Below, one piece after another: positions 1 through 9,633 of a DNA stretch of 64,000 nucleotides. Position numbers and translations under genes: made by a program. Below the pieces are notes generated by a model, which was not told where the DNA came from, did no database searches, and saw only the letters and a program-made list of their open reading frames with translations. Within the stretch, counting starts at the first letter, position 1, and each line of letters opens with the position of its first letter. The DNA comes from a virus, in the IMG/VR virus record IMGVR_UViG_3300006737_000030, positions 3,087-67,086 of that record; one strand, given 5' to 3'.

Positions 1-822
1 CCTATAACAATCTATAAGAAGGTAGTTTCCTTCTACAACCTTTGAAGGATCTATATCTAAAAATAATTTATCTTGTCTTTGATTCCATCTATACTCCACT
101 AAAGCACCAGTGTTGACAACCATATCTAGAGTCTCAAAGTACTGGCGAATCATATAGTAATTCGTCATATCAAAATTACCAAAAGCAAATCCAGATGAGA
201 ATGAGAATATATCCATCAAGAAATACTGGTTACTCAATCCAAAGAGATCATTACGAACCCAGTTAGATGATACACCAAATACTTTAGATATACCTATAAC
301 ATGATTAGGTATTGAAAGAAAATTATTTCTATTCTCCCATGTAGTATCACTATCAACTGATTTAACTTCTATAGTTGCATCAGTGTTACCACCACTAATG
401 GTAATAGTGTCTCCAATAGCATAATCTTGACCATCATCATTAATTAATATAGATGTTATAACACCACTATCTGTGGTAGTATTAAATGTTAATCCAGTAC
501 CACTACCACCAGTAGTAGCAACTGCAGTATTGTTAGTATACCCTGTTCCACCAGATGTCAAGGTAAATGTTACAGTACCTTCATCACCTGAAACAACTTT
601 AAGTTGATCGGAACCATTAAATCTTTCTACATCATCAGCAGTAATTTTATGTTTAAGAAACATTCTCTCGATGCCATCAAAATGACGTTCATGAAAATGT
701 TGCAAAGCATCATCAATTAGGTCTTCCACCTGTTCATCATCTACGTTGACTTCCAGTACTGGATGACCTAATCTCCTTAATGCGTAGTCTTTTAACTCTG
801 CCCTAGAGGAAGGTTGTGCCAT
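1..822 (-). CDS. gp13: T4-like neck protein gp13 (3' end runs off the window; absent from ORF track)
   Basis: Manual translation from ATG at 822: MAQPSSRAELKDYALRRLGHPVLEVNVDDEQVEDLIDDALQHFHERHFDG..., the characteristic gp13 N-terminus. Frame stays open to position 1. Confidence 0.9.
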   Translation of the reverse strand, partial: MAQPSSRAELKDYALRRLGHPVLEVNVDDEQVEDLIDDALQHFHERHFDGIERMFLKHKITADDVERFNGSDQLKVVSGDEGTVTFTLTSGGTGYTNNTAVATTGGSGTGLTFNTTTDSGVITSILINDDGQDYAIGDTITISGGNTDATIEVKSVDSDTTWENRNNFLSIPNHVIGISKVFGVSSNWVRNDLFGLSNQYFLMDIFSFSSGFAFGNFDMTNYYMIRQYFETLDMVVNTGALVEYRWNQRQDKLFLDIDPSKVVEGNYLLIDCYR

Positions 823-831
823 GTTATTTCT

Positions 832-3800
832 TTATGCTTGTGCTTCTGCCCAACGTAAGTTAATTGTTGCGTTAATAGCACTACCAGACGTTAGGTAAGC
901 ATTAATCGCCAGAACATCAGGACCGTTGGGGAATGTACCACGTCCACCAATTGGTGTGTTAGTAAGTTCTTTTAGTTCTGATAGATCTAGGTTGTCCCTT
1001 TCACCACCACCAGAGGCAGTAAATGAGAATACCTGCTCTCCAGGAATTGCCGCCTCAACAATTGGTTCGAAGGTATATGTAGTAGATCCAGCAGTACCTG
1101 GTCTCGTTCTGTCGGAGAAGATCAAGTAAACTTTATTGCTATCGTAGTAGTAATCCCTAATGTTAGCAACAGTAGCACCACCTTTTAGATTACCACCAGA
1201 AACTTTCCAACCAATCTGTACACCAGCAACATCTGTTCGATTAAATATAATCCATGTTGTATTATAATTTTGAGTATTGGCGTTAGTAGCAGTAATTGCT
1301 GAAGCAGCACCCTCCCATGTAACGTCACCACCAGAGGCAACTTGTGCAAATGATGGTTGTCCACCAGCACCACCAGTATTCAATCCATTCCATAAAATAC
1401 TTGTTGGATCATCAGGGTAGTTTTTAGGATTCATAACACCCTCAACAATAACACCCTGTGAACTCGATCCACCCTGTGTAGTGATCTCAATGTTCTTGAG
1501 TAGTAATTGTGCTCGGTTGATTAGTTCTCTTTCTCCTAGGTCTCCAGTAACAGAGTTAGAAACACTAGGTGATAGACGAATCAAGAAGATAGCACTTTTA
1601 CTAGTTGAAATTTCAATTTCCTTTTCTTGCCATGAGAAGAGATAACCACGATCTTCATCAAATCCACCATCAGTTAGGAATGCAGAACCCCAGTGGTTAA
1701 TCTGTGGTGTAGCAGTAGTTGATAGTAAAACAACACCACTACCTTTGGTGTGAGCAATAGCACTACCAGCAGTATAAGTTCTTTGAGATCCACCAGCAAA
1801 ATTAGTGTGAGTTGCTGCTCTTGTAAGACCAGACAAAATATTACCAGTTTTGTTGTTATAATTAATAATCTCGTTATTCATAATCAATGTACCACTAGAA
1901 GGGAATAGTGTTCCGTCTTCTAATGTCATTGTCTCTTGACTTGAATCCATTGCAACTTCCACCCTTCCTCTAGCACCTTCATTAATAACCTCATACCTAA
2001 CAGGTAGGTTACCAGAACGCATAAATGCTTCGTTGTTCATGTTGTTATTCTTCAATCTATGTAAGAATACAAAATCACCAGATGGTCCTCTGAACATCCA
2101 ATCAATGAATCCTGCTCCGTACCATGAGTATTGGAATCCCATCATCTGCATCTTCGTGATGTCAGTAATGTATCCAGACTTACCTGTACCATCTGCTCTA
2201 TCAAGGTTCCACTGACTTTGTGGAATAAGAATTTCTTTTGTTAGTGCAGCTTTTACATTAGAAACTGTAGTAACTCCCCTATAATCAGGATTCATATACA
2301 AAGTTGAATCGTCATCAATCTCTGTAACGAGATGACACATACCACGAATTACAATACGGTCACCCACTTTTAACTGTTCAGTAAATTTAGTATTGACTCC
2401 TGTTAATGTGTTACTATCTGGAGTAGCAGTTACGGTACCAGCAATTTGGTATGTGGAAGACCTTAATCCACAGGAAACGATATCACCATCATACTGAATG
2501 AATATACCATTCTGATCATCAAAAGCACCAGCACGAACTGTAGAACCTTTCCACTTATAAAGTGAAACAACTGGTTGCTCACCAAATTGTGCATTAGTAT
2601 GTTCTAATACTTGTGTAGCAATAACGGTAAATGTAATTTCATCAACGACTGATGCTACAACATAATGACCATTATAACCAGTAGATGTTATACCACGAAG
2701 TTGTATCTGTGCTCCAACTTGGAAACCATGATTCAAATCATCTGTTTTAAGTGTAATGATACTTCCAACTCCTGTACCAGTAGAAATAGCAGAACGCAAG
2801 TCGTAGTTTGGAGCAAACAAAGCACCAGTGGTATACATAATACCTTTACCTGACTGGTATCTAATATACTTTTTAGATTGTCTAACTGCTTGAGCACCAT
2901 GAGCAGGTGATCCAGTTCCCAATTGTACACCACCATCAAATGGTCTATGTCGATAGAATGAATCTGTTCTTGGATATACCTTACCAACCAAACTACCAGA
3001 AACTGTACCAGTAGTTCTTGCGGTATATAATATTGTAGTTAATGACGGAACTTCATTGATGTAAAATGGTCCAGAACACAAATCATGTCCACCTCCACTA
3101 GATGTGATTGCTGATAGAATTGTATCTCCAGGAACCAAACCATGATTAGATGCAAATTCAACTTTTATTTGTGCAATTGCTGAATAGGATACTGTAGTTG
3201 CTGTTGCAATTACTTGAGTTGTGGGAGAAGATAGAGAAATTGCTGGGTAGAAAACAAGAGAATCTCCTGTTACTGGAGTACCAGATGCTGACACTGCAAG
3301 AACACCACCATCTGATGTTATATCAGTTACAGTGATAGTCATATCATTGGTTGTATCTAAACCACCCAATGTACTACCAAGAATCTTAAATTGATATCCA
3401 ACTTTATATCCAGTACCAGCATCATCAACAGTAGGAGAATATACTCCACCAGTAATTGATGGAAGGAATCTTGCTCCAAAAGAAGGAGCGTTTACAAACA
3501 TTCTATCGAACTGTTCACTACCATCAACGGCTGTACCAGAATGAGAAATTCCAGTAATAGCACCAGCAGCAGTAACAGAACTAACAGTAATAGTTAAATC
3601 ATTAGTTGAATCTACTCCACCCATTCTACTACCATTAATAGTAATAGTATCATTAATTGCATATCCAGTACCTTGATTTTGAGTAGTTACTGTATATGAT
3701 GGTGAAGTCGATGTATTAGAATTAGTAGTAGTAATAGAAACTGACATTGTTTGAGTGTCAGCACCAAATCCACCAGAATCTTCTGTGACTACAGCACAAA

Positions 3801-6009
3801 GAAAGTTAACTCCAGGAGTTTTAGAAAATAAATCTATTACTGCCACTCCATTAGTTGGTGTTTGATCTGCTTTACTTACAGCATAACATGGTGTTGGATT
3901 TCCAGCATTCTGTTCAGCAAGATCATTGATTAATAAAACAAGTCCATTCCTTACTTCAGTTACAGTATCACCAGCAAGTGCAGTATATTCAAATTCAGAT
4001 ATTGTGCTATTAATAGTTTCAGTGATTATTGCTTTGAATGTATCACCAGTTTCAATTGTTCCACCGATAAGTATCTCATGTACTTCCTGTCTGGTAACAC
4101 CAGAACCAGTTCGGTCAATATCAAATTGAGCATTGATACCAGATCCACTAGTACTATCTTGGTTTTGGTTTGTATAAGTTTGACTTGCATCAAGACCTAC
4201 ACCAAATGTATTATAACTTGTAATGTTTCCTTCTGCACCAACTCCAGTAATGTAAATATCAAGATCCTGTTCAGGAGAAGAACCTTCTAACTGGTTACCA
4301 TAAATCGTAATTTTTTCTCCAACAAAATAATCCCTACCGTCATTGATAGAAGTAGAAGCAACTACTGAAGGACTGCCACTAATGTTACTATGAGTTGATT
4401 GTACAGTAAACCCATCAATAGCACCATTACCATCAACAGATGTTATTTCAATTCTTAAATCATTACCAGCTTCGTCTGCTGGTGTACCAACTCCAGGAGT
4501 ACCATCAACACCACCAACTTGAGATCCTAGGATATTAAATATAACATTTCCAGCAACTACATAGTTTTCACCACCACTATTAAGACTTACAGTATAACCA
4601 GCACTAGATCCACCAGTTCTAATTACTGTAAATAAAGCACCTACTCCTGCTCCACCGTTATTGTCACCACCAATCCAAGTTGGTGCTAAATTTGAGTATT
4701 CTGTTTTTTCGTTTATACTAACAGAAGTATAAGCACCCTTTGTTCTCTGAACATTAAATACTGCACATGGGTGTATTGGTGTTGATGCTGCTGATCCTAT
4801 ACCTAATCCAAAGTTCTGTATAATACCATCCACAGCACCAGAAATAAAACTGTTACCTGTTTTATCTGTTGTGTATGGAGAAGACAATGTTACGACACTA
4901 CCTTCAATATTAGTAACGAAAATAGTATCACCAGAACCATTGTTTAATGCAGCACCAATTGCAATATTTTGTGTATCGTTAAATGTAATAGTTGATACAG
5001 GTGCAACAAATGAATTCGTAATATTAAGAGTAGTATTAGTACCAACAACACCAGTTACCTGTGTTCCTGTTGCAATACCAGTAGCAGATAAAGGAGCACC
5101 TATAGGTGGCAAGGTAGATGATGGATTTATACCAAATGTTACAGAACCAGCAGGTGTAGAACCTTCTGTCGCAAAATTTCCTGCTGATCCATTTGTGTCT
5201 ACAGTGAATGTAGGAGATGTTCCAATTTCAGCACCAGTATAGAATCCAGCTTCTTTTAGGAATGTAAAACTAGATTTAAGTGAAGAACCAGCAGTAGTTC
5301 CTACTTTTGCTTTTGAATAATAAGTGAATTCTTTTGAATTAGGAACAGTATTAATAATAAATGAACCTTCAGCAGATGAAAATCCTATCACAGAATCAGC
5401 AAGACCTTTCATACTGATAGGATCTCCCACAGAAAGACCATGTTCTAATATTGTAGTAACTGTAATTAAAGAAGGACCAATACCACTAGAACCTGCTGAA
5501 GCATCTGTTACAATCTCTGTTGTAGCAATATCAGAACCAGGAATCTCGTATATAGAAGGATAATTTCTTAATAGGTCAATACTTTGCCACTTCGTTGGTT
5601 GAATTCCATACTCAAAGTCAGCATCAAGCATAGACTCTGGAGCAGCAAAACGCATACGTTCGATAGCGTCTGTACCGAAGTCGTATGGTCTAGTTCTTTG
5701 CTCATCTTGTTCAACAAAGATCTGAACAGGATCAGATGATGCATATGCTGTAGTATCATATAAGAACGTAATAGTTGTTACACCATTAGTTCTCATGTTT
5801 TCATTTATAAAATCTGGGTCAGAACCAGTTTGATTAAATGCGACACTAACTTGTCTTGTAGTATCAGCAAAATTATATAAAACTTCATTCTTTTCAGTAT
5901 TAGTAATCAACAAAAGTTGTTCACTATCATACTTACCAAGAAGTTTTAGCGTCCCTACACCAGCAATACCTGGAGAAAATATATAATCCCGAATCTGTTT
6001 CTTTGCCAT
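832..6009 (-). CDS. Large virion structural/fibre-like protein (1725 aa) with internal G/T/S-rich beta repeats
   Basis: Long ORF just upstream of gp13. Repeated modules of the type GxGY..GD.ITI.G..LGG....NDL.I.V at about 3270-4750. Confidence 0.75.
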   Translation of the reverse strand: MAKKQIRDYIFSPGIAGVGTLKLLGKYDSEQLLLITNTEKNEVLYNFADTTRQVSVAFNQTGSDPDFINENMRTNGVTTITFLYDTTAYASSDPVQIFVEQDEQRTRPYDFGTDAIERMRFAAPESMLDADFEYGIQPTKWQSIDLLRNYPSIYEIPGSDIATTEIVTDASAGSSGIGPSLITVTTILEHGLSVGDPISMKGLADSVIGFSSAEGSFIINTVPNSKEFTYYSKAKVGTTAGSSLKSSFTFLKEAGFYTGAEIGTSPTFTVDTNGSAGNFATEGSTPAGSVTFGINPSSTLPPIGAPLSATGIATGTQVTGVVGTNTTLNITNSFVAPVSTITFNDTQNIAIGAALNNGSGDTIFVTNIEGSVVTLSSPYTTDKTGNSFISGAVDGIIQNFGLGIGSAASTPIHPCAVFNVQRTKGAYTSVSINEKTEYSNLAPTWIGGDNNGGAGVGALFTVIRTGGSSAGYTVSLNSGGENYVVAGNVIFNILGSQVGGVDGTPGVGTPADEAGNDLRIEITSVDGNGAIDGFTVQSTHSNISGSPSVVASTSINDGRDYFVGEKITIYGNQLEGSSPEQDLDIYITGVGAEGNITSYNTFGVGLDASQTYTNQNQDSTSGSGINAQFDIDRTGSGVTRQEVHEILIGGTIETGDTFKAIITETINSTISEFEYTALAGDTVTEVRNGLVLLINDLAEQNAGNPTPCYAVSKADQTPTNGVAVIDLFSKTPGVNFLCAVVTEDSGGFGADTQTMSVSITTTNSNTSTSPSYTVTTQNQGTGYAINDTITINGSRMGGVDSTNDLTITVSSVTAAGAITGISHSGTAVDGSEQFDRMFVNAPSFGARFLPSITGGVYSPTVDDAGTGYKVGYQFKILGSTLGGLDTTNDMTITVTDITSDGGVLAVSASGTPVTGDSLVFYPAISLSSPTTQVIATATTVSYSAIAQIKVEFASNHGLVPGDTILSAITSSGGGHDLCSGPFYINEVPSLTTILYTARTTGTVSGSLVGKVYPRTDSFYRHRPFDGGVQLGTGSPAHGAQAVRQSKKYIRYQSGKGIMYTTGALFAPNYDLRSAISTGTGVGSIITLKTDDLNHGFQVGAQIQLRGITSTGYNGHYVVASVVDEITFTVIATQVLEHTNAQFGEQPVVSLYKWKGSTVRAGAFDDQNGIFIQYDGDIVSCGLRSSTYQIAGTVTATPDSNTLTGVNTKFTEQLKVGDRIVIRGMCHLVTEIDDDSTLYMNPDYRGVTTVSNVKAALTKEILIPQSQWNLDRADGTGKSGYITDITKMQMMGFQYSWYGAGFIDWMFRGPSGDFVFLHRLKNNNMNNEAFMRSGNLPVRYEVINEGARGRVEVAMDSSQETMTLEDGTLFPSSGTLIMNNEIINYNNKTGNILSGLTRAATHTNFAGGSQRTYTAGSAIAHTKGSGVVLLSTTATPQINHWGSAFLTDGGFDEDRGYLFSWQEKEIEISTSKSAIFLIRLSPSVSNSVTGDLGERELINRAQLLLKNIEITTQGGSSSQGVIVEGVMNPKNYPDDPTSILWNGLNTGGAGGQPSFAQVASGGDVTWEGAASAITATNANTQNYNTTWIIFNRTDVAGVQIGWKVSGGNLKGGATVANIRDYYYDSNKVYLIFSDRTRPGTAGSTTYTFEPIVEAAIPGEQVFSFTASGGGERDNLDLSELKELTNTPIGGRGTFPNGPDVLAINAYLTSGSAINATINLRWAEAQA

Positions 6010-6018
6010 AATCCTTGT

Positions 6019-7149
6019 TTATCCTAGTGCGATAGAGAAAGCAGTAATCTTTGAATCAACATACCTACGATTAACAGCATCTGTTTGATCAGTAGGCTCT
6101 GCAAGATTTGTTACCTTATTATTTAGAAGATCTAAATTAGATGAAAATGACCCAGAAGTACCTGTGAGGTTACCAGTGGATGGGTCAACACTAAATTTAT
6201 TTGCTCCAACTTCAAGAGTACCAGATGTACTAATACCACCAACAGAAGATATAGATCCTTGAGTAGATATTAAACCAGTTTCATTTGATATACCATATTT
6301 TTGAACATCAGTGGAATTATAACCAGTAAGTGTTCCTCTTACATCGGTAGATCCAGATACATCCAATCCACTAGATGCTGTAAGTTTTCCTGTAAGAACA
6401 GAAGTTCCACCAACCGTAAGATTACTACCAACATCAAGAGTTGTACCAACATCTAAACTACCTGCTAGTGATAAGTCGGTAGTAATAATTGTATAATTAA
6501 ATTTAGCGTATGCAGCAAACGCTACATCAGGATTATCAGTATAGACGATAACACTTTGATCTCCACGTACTTTAATATCAGTTCTTTGATATGTCTGTCT
6601 TGGATTTACATCAAGGTTATACTCCATGTACTCGTCTGGAGCAAGTGTAATTTCATTTTCTGAACTTACACCAATTCTAACTCTGGATGGATTCGGACCT
6701 TGATTGGTAATGAAAATGTTTATTGTTGCTTCTTCACCACTAGGAACAGTGTATAAAACTGCTTGAGATTTAGGATTAGATAACTTTACTGAATTAACAA
6801 ATCCAGATTGTCCTGTTGGATCATCAAGCATCTGACCCTGAATAATAAAACTTGTATTATCCTTGTCAGATTCTATTACTAAATTTTGATTATTTGCATA
6901 ATATATCGATGCAGTTTCATAACTCTCACCTTCTTCAATAATATGATCATAAATGATATATGATGAAGGATCAAATTCTGTTAACGATCCAGAAGAAACA
7001 CCAACTCTTATTCTAGTTGGAAATGGATTCTTGTGAGTAACAGTAAGTTTTCCCTCAACTAACTTGCCTGAATCTGCAGTATGAAGAATAGCTCTTGCAT
7101 CTTTAGATGGTGTTAACGATCCTAAATAACCAAAGGTAGGATTTGTCAT
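6019..7149 (-). CDS. Structural protein (376 aa): two tandem beta-sandwich adaptor-like domains, a fibre shaft and a C-terminal YVD...AFSIALG cap
   Basis: The N-terminal half holds two copies of a domain resembling the 105-aa ORF at 14207-14524 (VLYTVPSG...NIFITNQ...RVRIGV...EYMEYN). Preceded by a late promoter. Confidence 0.65.
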   Translation of the reverse strand: MTNPTFGYLGSLTPSKDARAILHTADSGKLVEGKLTVTHKNPFPTRIRVGVSSGSLTEFDPSSYIIYDHIIEEGESYETASIYYANNQNLVIESDKDNTSFIIQGQMLDDPTGQSGFVNSVKLSNPKSQAVLYTVPSGEEATINIFITNQGPNPSRVRIGVSSENEITLAPDEYMEYNLDVNPRQTYQRTDIKVRGDQSVIVYTDNPDVAFAAYAKFNYTIITTDLSLAGSLDVGTTLDVGSNLTVGGTSVLTGKLTASSGLDVSGSTDVRGTLTGYNSTDVQKYGISNETGLISTQGSISSVGGISTSGTLEVGANKFSVDPSTGNLTGTSGSFSSNLDLLNNKVTNLAEPTDQTDAVNRRYVDSKITAFSIALG

Positions 7150-7161
7150 GCCTGTTCCTGC

Positions 7162-7190
7162 TTGCGAATTTAATAATTCTATGTTATTCT
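7162..7190 (+). promoter_or_regulatory. Putative sigma70-type (early) promoter for hldD
   Basis: TTGCGA (7162-7167), 17-nt spacer, TATTCT (7185-7190) with extended -10 TG at 7182-7183. A TATAAT also lies at 7195-7200. Confidence 0.4.
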
Positions 7191-7198
7191 TATTTATA
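7191..7198 (-). promoter_or_regulatory. T4-type late promoter TATAAATA
   Basis: Exact TATAAATA on the minus strand, about 40 nt upstream of the 7149 start. Confidence 0.75.
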
Positions 7199-7222
7199 AT
7201 TTAGTGGTTGAAGGTTTTATTT

Positions 7223-8014
7223 ATGAAAATGATTACTGGATGTAATGGATTTATTGGATCACACTTTAAAGAAAGAGAAGAAAAGTATATTGGTGTAGAA
7301 GCATTTAATGCAGTTCATATGATTGAGAACTTCCCTAACTGGGATGATATAGATGAGATCATTCATATGGGAGCAATCTCTTCGACTGTAGAAACAGATC
7401 TTAATAAGTTACATTTCTATAACGTAGACCTCACTCTACGTTTATTTGAACAAGCTATCAAGTATAATATACCAGTAAAGTATGCGTCGTCAGCATCTGT
7501 GTATGGTAATGGAAGTGCTGGTTGGGGGGATCTAAATCCATTAAACTACTATGCTATAACAAAACTTCAAATTGATTATTGGGTACAAGATAACATAGAT
7601 CGTTTCAGTAATATACAAGGATTTAGATTCTTTAATGTATATGGACCTGGAGAAGAATTGAAAGGAGATCAACGTAGTCCTATCAGTAAGTTTACTGAAC
7701 AAGCAAAGATGACTGGTCAAATTAAAGTCTTTGAAGACTCTAAAAAAATGTCAAGAGATTTTGTTTGTGTTAATGACGTAGTTGATGTAGTATTAAATGC
7801 TAACAATCCTTCTGGTATCTATGATCTTGGTAGTGGAGACTCTATAGATTTCTATACTGTTGCAGAAATCATTGCAGACAAAGAAGGTGCTGATATTAAA
7901 GAAATACCATTCCCTAAACATTTAGAAGGTAAATATCAATATAACACCGAGTCAAATATGTCTTGGTCAGATCATAAATTTATTACGGTACATGAATATG
8001 TCAATAACTCCTGA
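7223..8014 (+). CDS. hldD: ADP-L-glycero-D-manno-heptose 6-epimerase-like extended SDR
   Basis: Motifs TGCNGFIGS (Rossmann), HMGAISST, YASSASVYG, PLNYYAITK (YxxxK), GFRFFNVYGPGE, RDFV. ATG at 7223 is preferred over TTG at 7208. Confidence 0.85.
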   Translation: MKMITGCNGFIGSHFKEREEKYIGVEAFNAVHMIENFPNWDDIDEIIHMGAISSTVETDLNKLHFYNVDLTLRLFEQAIKYNIPVKYASSASVYGNGSAGWGDLNPLNYYAITKLQIDYWVQDNIDRFSNIQGFRFFNVYGPGEELKGDQRSPISKFTEQAKMTGQIKVFEDSKKMSRDFVCVNDVVDVVLNANNPSGIYDLGSGDSIDFYTVAEIIADKEGADIKEIPFPKHLEGKYQYNTESNMSWSDHKFITVHEYVNNS

Positions 8015-8165
8015 AAAAGCAGCAAACTTAATATCCTTAATGGAACTTATGGAAGATACCATAGAGCATTATTGCGATCAACATATGGTATCAGGTGAAT
8101 CAGCATGGACAATGGCAGCATCACTCGCAGATGCAAAACTCCATACAGAATTTAATCACCCCTAA
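7998..8165 (+). CDS. Small hypothetical protein (55 aa; absent from ORF track)
   Basis: MSITPEKAANLISLMELMEDTIEHYCDQHMVSGESAWTMAASLADAKLHTEFNHP*. Overlaps the hldD end and fills the gap to the cupin gene. Confidence 0.6.
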   Translation: MSITPEKAANLISLMELMEDTIEHYCDQHMVSGESAWTMAASLADAKLHTEFNHP

Positions 8166-8493
8166 CTATTCTATAACTATCATCTTCGAAATGTTCTGTA
8201 GAGAATTCGAATAATTCTACATCTGTAATACCCTCCATCATGTGTCTTAACCCAGGAGGGATATAGAATTTATCACCTTTCTTTAATATAACTGTCTTTG
8301 CATCAGAGAAATCATCTTCGTAACCATGAGTCATCTTTAGTTCACCACTCTGAACATAGAATGTCTCATCTTTAATCTTGTGATAATGATATGAACACTT
8401 CATACCTGCATTAAAAAATAGAAGTTTTCCACAATAGTTTGAACTATTGCAGATCCACTTCTCATATCCCCATCCCTTTTCTACTATCTTCAT
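8152..8493 (-). CDS. Cupin-fold sugar isomerase-like protein (PMI type II / D-lyxose isomerase-like)
   Basis: KGWGYE...CSYHYHKIKDETFYV...PPGLRH, with cupin metal-binding motifs HxH...E and H. 4-nt overlap with the upstream HAD gene. Confidence 0.75.
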   Translation of the reverse strand: MKIVEKGWGYEKWICNSSNYCGKLLFFNAGMKCSYHYHKIKDETFYVQSGELKMTHGYEDDFSDAKTVILKKGDKFYIPPGLRHMMEGITDVELFEFSTEHFEDDSYRIVRGD

Positions 8494-8816
8494 CCAAAGA
8501 AATCCTCGGAATTAATTCCTTTATCATCTATGAAGTAATGTGCATGGAATTTACCCATGTGTAACTTATCAAATTTACATCCCCATGACTTAAGTTGATT
8601 ATAAGTTAGATCATAAAATGCTTCATGTGCTTTCTGACCATCACCATCAAACCTACCCATACCTCTAGCAGTATAAAAAACAATACTGTTTCCTTCATCA
8701 TACAATTTATTTAACTTCTCTATCCGATCCATCATTGGTTCGGATTTCTCGTATTGTCCTATTGGACAATTACTTATAGTACCGTCAATATCAACTACGT
8801 AAATCATCTGCTTCAT
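8490..8816 (-). CDS. HAD-superfamily phosphatase (GmhB-like role)
   Basis: VDIDGTI (motif I), YTARG (motif II), K...FIDDK (motifs III/IV). Likely start is ATG 8816 (or 8807). Confidence 0.75.
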   Translation of the reverse strand: MKQMIYVVDIDGTISNCPIGQYEKSEPMMDRIEKLNKLYDEGNSIVFYTARGMGRFDGDGQKAHEAFYDLTYNQLKSWGCKFDKLHMGKFHAHYFIDDKGINSEDFFG

Positions 8817-9633
8817 CAATAGAAAGAATATAAGTACCTGGATGTTGTACAGCAATTGAAGCAGCACGATTAGCAAGAGGTATTGCTAACTCTATCCTTC
8901 CAGATTCAAGATAGAAATATGTTAACGCAGCAAGAAAGGTATCACCTGCACCTGATACATCAAAGGTAGGAACCTTAACACCAAGATATGGTATACCTTT
9001 ATACTCTGCTCCTTGAGAACCTTTAGTTACAATAGCATTAGGATACTTTCCTTTTAATTTACTTCTCTCTAACTCATTGATTTTAATAAAACAATTCTTC
9101 TTTGGTAATTTGGTTTTCTTACTGTCTATGAATACAGGACCATCAAACCACTCAACTAATTCAAATATCTTTTCTTCCGAAAGGAATCCTTTATTGTAGT
9201 CAGATATAACCATAGCATCAAAAGGATCCCCCAAAGGAGTTGGGTGATTATGTATACCAGTAGGATAAGAATTGCCATCAGGTAACTCCCAATTAAAAGA
9301 ATCAACCTCATCATTTTCATCAAGTCTCATGATCTGTTGATTAGAACGAATATCAACATATCTTGTCTTAACTGGTTTTAATTCATTACTCATAATATAA
9401 ACATCACAACCAAATGACATTAGGTTGTTCCTGACGTTCTGTGCCATTCCTTGACACTCTTCTTTACGTTCGTACTCTAGAACAGGAACAGGTGCCTCTG
9501 GACTTAATCTAGAGGTCTTACCGTAGATGTATCTATCTACGCATGTTTCACCTATAACTAATACCTTGAATTGTACGACTTGTGGAGTAATCTCCTTGTC
9601 TTTCAAAGAATTTAACTTCTTTAGCATGTTCAC
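8791..9633 (-). CDS. PfkB-family D-glycero-D-manno-heptose-7-phosphate kinase (HldE kinase domain / HldA-like)
   Basis: RLSPEAPVPV, ISDYNKG, DVSGAGDTF (PfkB anion hole), AN.AA.IAVQ..GT. Exact start is uncertain. Confidence 0.85.
   Translation of the reverse strand: MNMLKKLNSLKDKEITPQVVQFKVLVIGETCVDRYIYGKTSRLSPEAPVPVLEYERKEECQGMAQNVRNNLMSFGCDVYIMSNELKPVKTRYVDIRSNQQIMRLDENDEVDSFNWELPDGNSYPTGIHNHPTPLGDPFDAMVISDYNKGFLSEEKIFELVEWFDGPVFIDSKKTKLPKKNCFIKINELERSKLKGKYPNAIVTKGSQGAEYKGIPYLGVKVPTFDVSGAGDTFLAALTYFYLESGRIELAIPLANRAASIAVQHPGTYILSIDEADDLRS

Noticed and set aside
8817-8876. Hydrophobic N-terminal extension of the HAD phosphatase in the ORF track
   Set aside because: It arises from an upstream alternative start within the kinase gene. 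The ATG just before the DxDGT motif is the more plausible start.
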